A stretch of 59,772 nt of DNA from an uncultured Eubacteriales bacterium (GCA_902764565.1 CACWWM010000001.1:1-59772), one strand, 5' to 3'; numbered from the stretch's first letter, positions 45,995-54,568 are shown. Numbers and translations: made by a program. The notes: generated by a model not told the origin, from the letters alone.

Positions 45995-47203
45995 ATGACG
46001 AGTAAAGAGAGGCATGAAGCCCGCTATCAACGGCGGCGGGCGGCACGAATGGCAAAGCGGGACGCGCGGGCACATGACGCGCTTTCCTTTGACGCCGTTT
46101 TCACTTATGCCAGATTATACCGTTCGGCCCTGGCCTGCTTCCGGGGCGTGAAATGGAAAGCGAGCGTACAGATATTCAAGTCCCATTGCGGCATCAACGT
46201 GGCGCGGCGGCTGCGGGAATTGGAGAACGGTATCTTCCGGCTGAAAAACTCGCCGGAGTTCAAAATCCGGGAACGCGGACGAGAGCGACGAATCAACAGC
46301 GTGCATATCGTTGACCGCGTACCGCAGAAATGCAATTCCAAATATGCTTTGAAGCCGGTTCTTCACCGTTCCCTGATCTATGATAACTACGCATCACAGG
46401 AAGGGAAAGGAACCGACAAGGCGCGGCGCAGGCTGAAAAGTATGTTGGAACGCCATATCCGCAAATACGGCATGACGGGCGGAATGATTATCTTCGACTT
46501 CCGCAAATACTTCGACAGCATCCCGCACGGGCTTATACGCTGGGTGCTGGGGCGCAATTTCGAGGATCGACGGATTATCGGCATGAACATGCGCATCATC
46601 CGGCAGGCGCGGGAGAAAGTGGGATTAGTCCTGGGAAGCGAAAATTCCCAGGACTTTGCTATTTCTGCTCCGAGCCTGCTTGATCACCGCATCAAAGAAG
46701 CGCTTCGCGTGGAGGGGTACGGAAGATACATGGATGACGGATGGATCATTCATCCCGATATTGAATACCTGAAAGCCGTGTTCCGGGAATTAAAGGATCT
46801 GTCAGCATGGCTTGGTTTCACACTGAACGAAAAGAAAAGCCGGATCATCCGGTTCGGTCAGCCCTTTTCCATGCTGAAACGCAAATACAGCTTCACGGAA
46901 ACAGGCGGGATCATCGTGCGGCCCGCGCGAGAAAGCGTTATCCGGGAGAGAAGGAAGCTGAAACGTCTGTACAGGCGTTACGTGGGCGGCTCAATAAGCT
47001 GGGAAACCGCCCTGAACTCTGTAAATGCCTGGAAATCCAGCCTGCACGGGTGCAAATGCTGGAAAATCATCCAATCAATCGAGGCACTATATAATCGCCT
47101 GTTCATCACGAACTGGCTTGAAGGAAAGGAGGAAGGTAAGCCTTGTTTTACAAGATCATATCCCAAGGCCAGATTATCGACGCTGCCCCAGGTGATCAAC
47201 TGA
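45995..47203 (+). CDS. DGR reverse transcriptase
   Basis: 402 aa with LGSENSQDF (DGR-type xGxxxSQ motif) and YMDDG. Adjacent to the TR. Confidence 0.85.
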   Translation: MTSKERHEARYQRRRAARMAKRDARAHDALSFDAVFTYARLYRSALACFRGVKWKASVQIFKSHCGINVARRLRELENGIFRLKNSPEFKIRERGRERRINSVHIVDRVPQKCNSKYALKPVLHRSLIYDNYASQEGKGTDKARRRLKSMLERHIRKYGMTGGMIIFDFRKYFDSIPHGLIRWVLGRNFEDRRIIGMNMRIIRQAREKVGLVLGSENSQDFAISAPSLLDHRIKEALRVEGYGRYMDDGWIIHPDIEYLKAVFRELKDLSAWLGFTLNEKKSRIIRFGQPFSMLKRKYSFTETGGIIVRPARESVIRERRKLKRLYRRYVGGSISWETALNSVNAWKSSLHGCKCWKIIQSIEALYNRLFITNWLEGKEEGKPCFTRSYPKARLSTLPQVIN

Positions 47204-47664
47204 ACTACGTCCGCTGGCAGGAAAAGAACGGGATGTTTCTCTCCTGCGCCCCGGAACTGGCGGACGGCATTGTATCGACAGATGGAGGCAGCATCTATCT
47301 GCTGGAGGATTCCACCGCTGGGGAAGCTATTCCGGGTGCGCCGGTCATCACCATGGCGGAGATCACCGAGGAAGAATACCAGGAAATCCGGGACGAGCTG
47401 GACGCCGGACAGGCCATCGTCAACCCGGACGACGAACAGCAGGAAGATTCCCAGGCCAAGACCCGCCTCAGACAGCTTGAAGAAATGGTTGCAAGCCTGC
47501 AAAGCATGAAGGCAAAGGACAATTACCCGCAGGGCAGCTATTTCGTGCTGCATGACGAGGTATACCGGGCGACTGACCCGATCTCGAAAGGTTCTGAAAT
47601 CAGGCCCGGTTATAACTGCGAGAAGAAATCGCTGGACGAATTTCTGAATCAGGAAGGAGAATGA
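47143..47664 (+). CDS. hypothetical protein
   Basis: 173 aa. TTG start after GAAAGGAGGAAGG. Overlaps the RT 3' end by 61 nt. Confidence 0.5.
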   Translation: MFYKIISQGQIIDAAPGDQLNYVRWQEKNGMFLSCAPELADGIVSTDGGSIYLLEDSTAGEAIPGAPVITMAEITEEEYQEIRDELDAGQAIVNPDDEQQEDSQAKTRLRQLEEMVASLQSMKAKDNYPQGSYFVLHDEVYRATDPISKGSEIRPGYNCEKKSLDEFLNQEGE

Positions 47665-47666
47665 AC

Positions 47667-47891
47667 ATGAAAACCCATTTCGTATGCTGGGCCGCACAGC
47701 GGCAGGACGGCAGCGTGGTCGCGCCGGTTGAATCCTTCGAGAACGAACGGAGCGCCATTGCGAACTTTCATATCCGCGCTGGACAGGCTGCGAACGGCAC
47801 CAACCTGAAAGATACGGTTGTGCTGTTTACCGCTGACGGCTTCCAGATGATGAAAGCCACGTTTGAGCATGAACCCGTCGCCGCCCAATAA
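47667..47891 (+). CDS. hypothetical protein
   Basis: 74 aa. The second ATG is chosen for its spacing from AGGAAGGAGA. Confidence 0.5.
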   Translation: MKTHFVCWAAQRQDGSVVAPVESFENERSAIANFHIRAGQAANGTNLKDTVVLFTADGFQMMKATFEHEPVAAQ

Positions 47892-47907
47892 GGCGGAGGA
47901 CAATAAC

Positions 47908-48138
47908 ATGACGATGCACCAACCGCGCGACCGGCCCAGGCAATTCTATCGAATCGTGCCGCAGGCGGATGGAAGCGCGGATGTGTATCTGTTCCCGGAA
48001 GCTGCCGATGGCAACCGGGCATTGCGCGTGGTTCGCGGCGTGAACCCGCAGGATGCTTTGTTCGGCGGCGACCTGGAAGGGCACATCCGCGCTTTCTTTT
48101 CCTGCTGGCTTGATTCCGGCGAAACAATCCCAATATAA
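47908..48138 (+). CDS. hypothetical protein
   Basis: 76 aa with RBS GGCGGAGGA. Confidence 0.5.
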   Translation: MTMHQPRDRPRQFYRIVPQADGSADVYLFPEAADGNRALRVVRGVNPQDALFGGDLEGHIRAFFSCWLDSGETIPI

Positions 48139-48153
48139 AAAGGAGTGAGTGAC

Positions 48154-48681
48154 ATGAAAATCCGCACCAAGATTTCCCCTCCGTGGATCATCCACATGCG
48201 CAAGCTGGAGGCCATGTTCGAGCATGACGAGCAGGTTTCCATCACCTACGATAACGACACATACACCATTAAGCTGCTGGTGGACGACGCCGCGAAGGCC
48301 GCCGCCTTGGCCCGCATCCTGCCTGAAGAAGTGGCTTTTGGCAATGTGACCCTGAAAATCTCCGTCATTCCCGCGAATGGCGCGGAACTCGACCTCGATA
48401 CGCCCATGGCCGTTTCCGAAGCCTTTGACGCGGCGTTCGCTGGCAATCCCGTGTATGCTTTCTCACATAAGGTGGAAACCATGTACGGCTTCGCCATGAC
48501 CTACATCGTGTTCAAGAATCGCGTCGTGCAATTCTTCGCCGACAATCTGCGGGATTTGCACGGCAATATCAGCACGCTGTATCAGGATATTGCCGAAGAC
48601 ATTTTCCGTGGCGGCATCTCCGTGGCCTACTGCACCGACATCGAAGAAAAGGTTGGCGCACCGCTGGGCGAATGGCCGTAA
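48154..48681 (+). CDS. hypothetical protein
   Basis: 175 aa with RBS AAAGGAG. Confidence 0.55.
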   Translation: MKIRTKISPPWIIHMRKLEAMFEHDEQVSITYDNDTYTIKLLVDDAAKAAALARILPEEVAFGNVTLKISVIPANGAELDLDTPMAVSEAFDAAFAGNPVYAFSHKVETMYGFAMTYIVFKNRVVQFFADNLRDLHGNISTLYQDIAEDIFRGGISVAYCTDIEEKVGAPLGEWP

Positions 48682-48691
48682 GGAGGGCGCA

Positions 48692-49714
48692 ATGGAACAC
48701 CTGACGATCTACCGCCGCCTGTTCTATAATTCCAAATGCTACAAGGAGGCCCCGCGCCAGCAGGCGCGGGGTGTTCAGGTTCATTCCACGGGGGCCAATA
48801 ACCCCTGGCTGCGGCGGTATGTGGCCCCGGACGATGGCAGAATTGGCAAGAACGCCTATAACAACCACCACAACCAGGACGGCAACGTGTGCGCCAGCGC
48901 CTACATCGGCAAGCAATCGGACGGGACGGTGGCTGTATACCAGACCTTGCCCTGGGACACACGCTGCTGGCTTTCCGGAAGCGGATCGAAAGGCAACGCA
49001 AACCGGCTGGGCTACATCGGCTTTGAAATCTGCGAGGACGCAAAGACCGATGAAGCTTATTACCGGGCCGCCATGCGCGCCGCCGCGCTGCTGACCGCGT
49101 ATCTCTGCCAGGAATACGGAATCGACCCGGAAACGAGCGTACACGACCACCGGGAGCTGCACGAAATGGGGCTTGCCTCCGACCACGGGGACATCTTGCT
49201 TTGGCAGCGGAATTACGGCGAAACCATGGACAATTTTCGCGGCATGGTGATGGGCTTCCTGGCCATGGGCGTGGAAGCAGAATACATCGACTGCGACGAG
49301 GTGAAGATCATGTACAAGGCGATTGCAGCCTGCACCGGATCGTATCTCAATCTCCGCGCAGGCAAAAGCACGTCCACCGTTTCCCTTAAAAAGATCACGA
49401 AGGGCGACACCGTGGGCGTTATCAATGACAGCGACCCGGAATGGTGGTATGTGTGGTACGAGGGCGCGACAGGCTACGCCATGCGCAAGTACCTTGTCCC
49501 CGATAACGAACTGCCGGAAGGGCCTGCCCTTTCCCCTGCCGACCTGGACGAACCGGCCCCGCAGGAACAGGAACCGAATGAACCGGAACCGGCGGTAAGC
49601 TATACGCAGATCGAAACCATCAATCTAAAGGAAATCGAGGCGTGCCTTGCCGACGCTTTGAGCATCGTCCGGGCAGCGCTGGGGAAGGAGGGGAAAACCA
49701 ATGGAGCCGATTGA
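48692..49714 (+). CDS. endolysin: N-acetylmuramoyl-L-alanine amidase (Amidase_2/PGRP-like) + C-terminal SH3-like domain
   Basis: 340 aa with VQVHSTGANNP, GYIGFEICED and HRELH. C-terminal region GSYLNLRAGKS...WWYVWYEGATGYAMRKYL. Confidence 0.8.
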   Translation: MEHLTIYRRLFYNSKCYKEAPRQQARGVQVHSTGANNPWLRRYVAPDDGRIGKNAYNNHHNQDGNVCASAYIGKQSDGTVAVYQTLPWDTRCWLSGSGSKGNANRLGYIGFEICEDAKTDEAYYRAAMRAAALLTAYLCQEYGIDPETSVHDHRELHEMGLASDHGDILLWQRNYGETMDNFRGMVMGFLAMGVEAEYIDCDEVKIMYKAIAACTGSYLNLRAGKSTSTVSLKKITKGDTVGVINDSDPEWWYVWYEGATGYAMRKYLVPDNELPEGPALSPADLDEPAPQEQEPNEPEPAVSYTQIETINLKEIEACLADALSIVRAALGKEGKTNGAD

Positions 49715-50153
49715 AGGAATCACCCCGGACATGTTATGGAATTTCGCAAAAGTGTGCGTAGGGCTGGCCGCGCTGGTGATTCTGGTGTACAAGGTGATTG
49801 ACATTGCACGCAAGGAGCATGACCGCAAACAGCTAAAGGAACGCGGCCCGCAAAACGTCCTGGCGGACGAGATCAGCAAAAAGATCATGGCAGCACTGGA
49901 ACCGCGTTTCCAGGAGATTGACAGAAAGCTATCAACCGACAAGCTGCGGCTGGACGAACACGCCCAAAAGATGGCCATGTTGGGAGCGAAGCAAGACATG
50001 ATAGAGACGGGGCAGAAAGCAATATGCAAGGGCATGATGGCGATGCTCGACCATGAGATCAGCGGCGACAGTATTGACACGCTGCGGCAGGCACGGAAGG
50101 ACATCAACAACTACCTGATTGATAAAATAACGGGAAAGGAGATCACAGCATGA
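49701..50153 (+). CDS. single-TM coiled-coil protein (lysis accessory / holin-like)
   Basis: 150 aa. One N-terminal TM segment (FAKVCVGLAALVILVY), then a charged helical region. Confidence 0.4.
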   Translation: MEPIEGITPDMLWNFAKVCVGLAALVILVYKVIDIARKEHDRKQLKERGPQNVLADEISKKIMAALEPRFQEIDRKLSTDKLRLDEHAQKMAMLGAKQDMIETGQKAICKGMMAMLDHEISGDSIDTLRQARKDINNYLIDKITGKEITA

Positions 50154-50554
50154 AGAAATTGAAAAGCATCCAGGCCCTACTGCTTGCCCTGATTCTGTGC
50201 GTTTCCCTTGCTGGAGGCGTCCGGGCGGAGAATGGCGATGATGCGGCTATCTATGAGCCGCATTTCGTTCACGTCCATTACACGGAAGAAACCTTGCACG
50301 GCATCGTGGATGCACCGAGCGACGGCCCGTATTTTGTCCGTGTAACCTTCATTCTGCCGACGAACACGTTTTTTGTTATCGTTACGCCCGTTAAGGATTG
50401 GGAATTTTGCATCCGTATCGCCTGCGTTGCCGAATACGTTGCAATGGAGCTGGTGGACAGGCAGGATGCTTTTTGTCCAGGAACCTATACGGCGTATGAT
50501 GCCATTGGGATTCATGGCCTGCGTGAACTTGACCATCCTCCCAACAGGTGGTGA
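50150..50554 (+). CDS. secreted protein
   Basis: 134 aa with signal peptide MKKLKSIQALLLALILCVSLAGGVRA. Confidence 0.5.
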   Translation: MKKLKSIQALLLALILCVSLAGGVRAENGDDAAIYEPHFVHVHYTEETLHGIVDAPSDGPYFVRVTFILPTNTFFVIVTPVKDWEFCIRIACVAEYVAMELVDRQDAFCPGTYTAYDAIGIHGLRELDHPPNRW

Positions 50555-50559
50555 CAACG

Positions 50560-50955
50560 ATGGGTGAAAACCATTGCGTCATATGCTGGGAGATCATCCC
50601 GGAAGGGCGCCAGGTCTGCCCTATCTGCTGGGCGGCAACAATGAAAGACGCCACCACGGAAACACCAAAACAGACGAAGGATGTGAAAAGAACTATGATT
50701 AACTGGAAAGTACGCTTGGTGAATAAGAACTTCTGGCTTCAAGCCATTCCTGCCCTACTGCTGCTGATTCAGGTTGTGCTGAATGTGTTCGGCGTGACAC
50801 TCGATTTCGGCGACATCGGAAACAAACTGCTGGCCGTTGTCAATGCCGTTTTCGCTTTCCTGACAATCCTTGGCGTGGTCAACGACCCCACCACGGACGG
50901 CCTCGGCGACAGCAAACGTGCATTAACCTATCAGGAGCCCTATAAAGACGCATAA
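50560..50955 (+). CDS. holin (phi-LC3/LL-H family) with N-terminal zinc-ribbon extension; alternative internal start at 50695
   Basis: MINWKVRLVNKNFWLQAIPALLLLIQ...GVVNDPTTDGLGDS matches the LL-H holin pattern. The 45 aa upstream carry CVIC...CPIC. Confidence 0.65.
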   Translation: MGENHCVICWEIIPEGRQVCPICWAATMKDATTETPKQTKDVKRTMINWKVRLVNKNFWLQAIPALLLLIQVVLNVFGVTLDFGDIGNKLLAVVNAVFAFLTILGVVNDPTTDGLGDSKRALTYQEPYKDA

Positions 50956-50962
50956 TCAACCC

Positions 50963-51009
50963 GCCCGCCGCGCCTGGATGCAGGAAATGCGCGGCGGGCT
51001 TTTCTTTTT
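50963..51009 (+). terminator. intrinsic terminator GCCCGCCGCGC-N15-GCGCGGCGGGC followed by TTTTCTTTTT
   Basis: 11-bp GC stem plus T run after the holin gene. Confidence 0.8.
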
Positions 51010-51044
51010 CACCTGTATAATTGTCATATTTTCGGGGGTGTAAA

Positions 51045-51650
51045 ATGAAAACCGTACAGCCCATTCGAGATTTGGACACGCTGCAAAAATGTTATGAAAT
51101 CGCCCGAGAACACGATCAAAAAAAGCTGAAAGGAGAAGTAAGCTGGGAATTGATTCTTCTGGTGGGCTTTAATACGTCCCTGCGGGTGAGCGATTTCCGG
51201 CGCTTCCGGGTATCGGATTTGCGCGGGAAGGACTATGCACAGATTCAGGCAAAGAAAACCGGGAAGGAAGCGCGCATCCTGATCAATCCTTGGGCGCGGC
51301 GGGAGATAAACCGTCTGCTTGCCGGGCGAAAGGGAGAAGAATATATCTTCCAATCCCGCCAGGAGGACAGGGCCAACCACAAAGCCCGCCCTGTCACAAG
51401 GCAAAGGGTATATCAGATCATGAATACCATTGCAAAGCGCGCCGGGATCGAGGAAAGGATCGGGTGCCATACGCTGCGGAAAACCTTCGGCTATCACTAT
51501 TACAAAATGACCGGGGACGTGGTGAGCCTGCAAAGGATTCTCTGCCACAGCTACCAACGGGAAACACTGGTATACATCGGCGTCGTGCAGGAGAATATCG
51601 ACGAAAGCCTGATGAAGCTGAACATGTTGACCGGGAGGAAAAGGGCATGA
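51045..51650 (+). CDS. small tyrosine recombinase (catalytic domain only)
   Basis: 201 aa with NTSLRVSDF, HTLRKTFG and LCHSYQRETLVYI. No N-terminal core-binding domain. Confidence 0.75.
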   Translation: MKTVQPIRDLDTLQKCYEIAREHDQKKLKGEVSWELILLVGFNTSLRVSDFRRFRVSDLRGKDYAQIQAKKTGKEARILINPWARREINRLLAGRKGEEYIFQSRQEDRANHKARPVTRQRVYQIMNTIAKRAGIEERIGCHTLRKTFGYHYYKMTGDVVSLQRILCHSYQRETLVYIGVVQENIDESLMKLNMLTGRKRA

Positions 51651-52201
51651 ACCAATACAAAACCATCTATGCAGACCCGCCCTGGATGGAGCATGGAGGC
51701 GGGAAAATACAAAGGGGCGCAGATCGACACTATCCGCTTATGAAAACGCGGGATATTATGGCCCTTCCTGTGCGCGACCTGATCCACCCGGAAGGATGCC
51801 ATTTATACCTATGGACAACAAATAATTTCCTTCCCGATGCGCTGAAAGTGCTGGAAGCCTGGGGCTTTGAATACGTCACTCTGATAACCTGGATGAAGGA
51901 TCGGCAAGGGCTGGGGCAGTATTACCGGGGCCTGACAGAGCATTGCATATTCGCCAGGACGAAAAAGAAACTGCCCTACCGGCTGGAGGACGGAAAACGG
52001 ATGCAGGGCGTTACCGGATTTTTCGAGAAAAAACAGCAGCACAGCATGAAGCCCGAGGAAATGCGCCGCATGATCGAGCGCGTAAGTTATGGCCCACGCA
52101 TAGAATTGTTTGCCCGCGATCATCATCCTGGATGGGACGTATGGGGAAATGAAGTGGACGGCATATCATTCGGGGGGGGGGGGTATTGTGATCCTGGATA
52201 A
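51647..52201 (+). CDS. MT-A70 family DNA N6-adenine methyltransferase
   Basis: 184 aa with IYADPPW. ATGA overlap with the recombinase gene. Confidence 0.8.
   Translation: MNQYKTIYADPPWMEHGGGKIQRGADRHYPLMKTRDIMALPVRDLIHPEGCHLYLWTTNNFLPDALKVLEAWGFEYVTLITWMKDRQGLGQYYRGLTEHCIFARTKKKLPYRLEDGKRMQGVTGFFEKKQQHSMKPEEMRRMIERVSYGPRIELFARDHHPGWDVWGNEVDGISFGGGGYCDPG
52172..52183 (+). repeat. G12 homopolymer in the last codons of the methyltransferase
   Basis: Encodes GGGG five codons before the stop. Confidence 0.9.
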
Positions 52202-52223
52202 AAACGCAAGCGCTTGCGGATTT

Positions 52224-52251
52224 GGGCGGCATGAGCCGCCCTTCTTTTTTT
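52224..52251 (+). terminator. intrinsic terminator GGGCGGC-ATGA-GCCGCCC followed by TTCTTTTTTT
   Basis: End of the rightward transcription unit. Preceded by palindrome CGCAAGCGCTTGCG (52205..52218). Confidence 0.75.
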
Positions 52252-52574
52252 GTACGCCCCGCGCTTTGTCCTTCGGAAAGCGCGGGTTTCGGGCGGCGAT
52301 TACTAATCGCTTCGCCCTTAGCCTCGTTTCACTCGGCGCTATTTGCGCGCGCGAATATTCTACCGACGGAAAGGGGGCAGTTTTCAGAGGGCGGGGCGGC
52401 TTAGTTGTCATATTATGGCGCGGTAAAACACAGCCCCAAATACGAGCCCAAAAACAGGTGCATAAAGTGGAAGCGATTTTTCGGAAACCCATTTTACACA
52501 ACTCCCCATTATGTCAAGTACAGAGACGGCGCGGTTATCCCCAAACCATCAACACGGCGCGCGAATAAACCGCG

Positions 52575-52612
52575 AAAAAGAAAGCAACCTGCAAGGATTC
52601 CTTACAAGTTGC
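52575..52612 (-). terminator. imperfect 14-bp hairpin plus T run (minus strand)
   Basis: Minus strand reads GCAACTTGTAAGGAATCCTTGCAGGTTGC then TTTCTTTTT, just downstream of the RHH gene. Confidence 0.55.
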
Positions 52613-52634
52613 CCGATGGAATGATCCTGTTGCG

Positions 52635-52835
52635 TTATGGCGCATCCTCTTTTTTCTGCGGATCGTTGCGGCTGATATACTCCCGAACAAGCTGCTTGAT
52701 GAAGCCCTGGAAGCTGGGCTGATCGTCCAGCACGGCGATAATATCCGCGTCGGTTTTCATGTTCAGCTTCATGCCGTAGTGCTTGGACTTCTCCTTATCA
52801 TAGCGCATTTGGGTTATGGATCGCTGCGTTGGCAT
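52635..52835 (-). CDS. ribbon-helix-helix (CopG/Arc-like) DNA-binding protein
   Basis: 66 aa: MPTQRSITQMRYDKEKSKHYGMKLNMKTDADIIAVLDDQPSFQGFIKQLVREYI. RBS AAAGGGGG. Confidence 0.55.
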   Translation of the reverse strand: MPTQRSITQMRYDKEKSKHYGMKLNMKTDADIIAVLDDQPSFQGFIKQLVREYISRNDPQKKEDAP

Positions 52836-52860
52836 GGTGTTGGCCCCCTTTCTGCGCCCA

Positions 52861-52889
52861 TTATACATGAGGTTCAACCGTTCTGTCAA
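52861..52889 (-). promoter_or_regulatory. promoter variant TTGACA-17-GTATAA with one GGTTGAACC operator in the spacer
   Basis: Same -35/operator arrangement as the three large cassettes. Lies at the 3' end of the upstream gene, ahead of the RHH gene. Confidence 0.4.
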
Positions 52890-53436
52890 ACTTCTCTCCC
52901 CCTTCCGGTTCTGCCGCGCATGAATGTTCCTGGTCATAATAGCAATGTTCCAGCCAGAATGAATAAACGGGCCTGTACACTTTCCCATCCATGATTACAG
53001 GCTGACAAAAGGCATGATCATTTTCCCCCTTGAAAAGCACATAGAGGAAAAACATCCCTTCCACGCCGGACGCTTCTTCATAATTCAGCGTACTGTTCAA
53101 TTCATCCACGCGGTAGTGTATTTCCATGCTGTCCTTGTCCACGCGGCGAAGGGCAACGGGGGAACCAACGGCGATTTGTTCCGCCCATTTCATTTTTTGC
53201 ACGGCCTCCGAAAGCGCTCCGTCCAGCTTTTCCGCATCTTCTTCGGTGGCATATTCCAGGAATCCGCCGCCAAATATTGCATCCGTGCAATACTGATTCT
53301 GTGCTTTTAGAATGACATTCAAGAACGTGCATCCCGGAAATGATTTGCTGGATTCCGTTTTCACTTCAATAAGCCCGTATTCCTTATACGGCATAGCGCC
53401 CTTGTTGGCGCGCTCCATGATCTGCTGCAATGTCAT
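52861..53436 (-). CDS. hypothetical protein
   Basis: 191 aa with RBS GGAAAGGGG. Confidence 0.55.
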   Translation of the reverse strand: MTLQQIMERANKGAMPYKEYGLIEVKTESSKSFPGCTFLNVILKAQNQYCTDAIFGGGFLEYATEEDAEKLDGALSEAVQKMKWAEQIAVGSPVALRRVDKDSMEIHYRVDELNSTLNYEEASGVEGMFFLYVLFKGENDHAFCQPVIMDGKVYRPVYSFWLEHCYYDQEHSCAAEPEGGEKFDRTVEPHV

Positions 53437-53451
53437 TTCTTGCCCCTTTCC

Positions 53452-53474
53452 GCCCGCGTATGAAGCCCGCGGGC
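53452..53474 (-). repeat. class I intercistronic hairpin GCCCGCG-N9-CGCGGGC
   Basis: Abuts the RBS of the gene starting at 53436. Copies at 54216..54238 and 57675..57697. Confidence 0.6.
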
Positions 53475-53487
53475 TGGCTCTTTTCTA

Positions 53488-53925
53488 TTATCGCGCGAGG
53501 AAGTAACTGCACCATGAATCCATAAGGGCGTCGTAATAGGTGTATTGGCTTTCGACGGATTTTCCCAGGTGAACGATGATGCTGTTGCAATGGCAGGCCA
53601 GCTTATCATCCGACAGCGCTTTCTTCAGGCAGGCCCACAGCTTATAGTACAGCGCTTGGCCGCGCTGCTTTTCTTCGCTGTCAACCACGACAACGGAATA
53701 ATCTCCGCCATCCTTCCCGGCACAATTCAGAAAATCATCCTGAATGTTGTTCCGCTTGATGTGGCGGTACAGGTTTATCAGCATGACCATATCCCCGGCG
53801 GGGATTTCCGCCGGGGATCCGTCTGGCTGATTCGTGCTTTTGATCTGCACGGGGCCGTCATGCTCTGACTGGTAAAGGCTCAAAGTACCCTGATTATTCA
53901 CAGAGAACGAAAAGAAATGATTCAT
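53488..53925 (-). CDS. hypothetical protein
   Basis: 145 aa with RBS AAAGGAGA. Confidence 0.55.
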   Translation of the reverse strand: MNHFFSFSVNNQGTLSLYQSEHDGPVQIKSTNQPDGSPAEIPAGDMVMLINLYRHIKRNNIQDDFLNCAGKDGGDYSVVVVDSEEKQRGQALYYKLWACLKKALSDDKLACHCNSIIVHLGKSVESQYTYYDALMDSWCSYFLAR

Positions 53926-53939
53926 GCCCGTATCTCCTT

Positions 53940-54203
53940 TCAGCGCGCGAGGATGGCAAACTGGTATTCATCCGTGTAATCGGTTGCGATGATCTCCAAT
54001 TCGGTATAATAGCCGTGTTCCTTGTACCATTCAACGGTTTCTAAGGTACGATCCAGAGAACCGCAGAAAGGGCAGTTGATTAACGTATGATCGAGAATGA
54101 CATCATCCCCGCGCCGGTAGCCGTGCCCGGTAGGCTTTGCCAGTTCTTCCTTGGGGATTCCGAAGTATTCACTGGCTGCCGGGATCTTCGCGCCATTGTA
54201 CAT
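53940..54203 (-). CDS. hypothetical protein
   Basis: 87 aa with RBS AAGGAGG. Confidence 0.55.
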   Translation of the reverse strand: MYNGAKIPAASEYFGIPKEELAKPTGHGYRRGDDVILDHTLINCPFCGSLDRTLETVEWYKEHGYYTELEIIATDYTDEYQFAILAR

Positions 54204-54215
54204 TGTTACCTCCTT

Positions 54216-54238
54216 GCCCGCGTATGAGGCCCGCGGGC
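54216..54238 (-). repeat. class I intercistronic hairpin
   Basis: GCCCGCG-TATGAGGCC-CGCGGGC, directly upstream of the RBS for 54203. Confidence 0.6.
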
Positions 54239-54252
54239 GGGCGCTGTGCGGT

Positions 54253-54489
54253 CTATCCGAAGTAGCAATAGAGAATCAGCGGGGCCGTGATAAGCCCCAG
54301 GACGGCCCCACAGAGGGCCATAGCGCCGCCGCTCATGGGCTGATCCGATTTCCATGCAATCCACCGGGCGGCGGCTTGTGCGCGGCCCAGGAGGCGCAGG
54401 AAAACGCCGGGCGCAGCGTGGCGCGGCTCATAGGGCTGGGCAGCGTGGCGCGGCATGTAGTGGGTGGTGTTGGCTGGGATGGTAAACAT
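54253..54489 (-). CDS. small membrane protein
   Basis: 78 aa with C-terminal TM segment GGAMALCGAVLGLITAPLILYCYF. Confidence 0.5.
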   Translation of the reverse strand: MFTIPANTTHYMPRHAAQPYEPRHAAPGVFLRLLGRAQAAARWIAWKSDQPMSGGAMALCGAVLGLITAPLILYCYFG

Positions 54490-54568
54490 GTTTCTTGCTC
54501 CTTTCTTGTCCTGCCATCATCAGGCCGGGTAGGACAATTCCCGGCGACGGCCCGCAGGCCGTTTCGGC

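Noticed and set aside
45995-47203. Reverse transcriptase as a retron or group II intron RT
   Set aside because: An adjacent TR/VR pair with adenine-only differences, an Avd-like gene and the xGxxxSQ motif identify it as a DGR RT. I saw no msr/msd-like inverted repeats or intron domains.
51014-51021. TGTATAAT as an extended -10 promoter for the recombinase module
   Set aside because: There is no acceptable -35 and the TG is adjacent to, rather than one base from, the hexamer. It is too weak to call.
52405-52722. 105-aa plus-strand ORF
   Set aside because: It lies between and across convergent terminators and overlaps the RHH gene antisense. No RBS, and the composition is basic and low-complexity.
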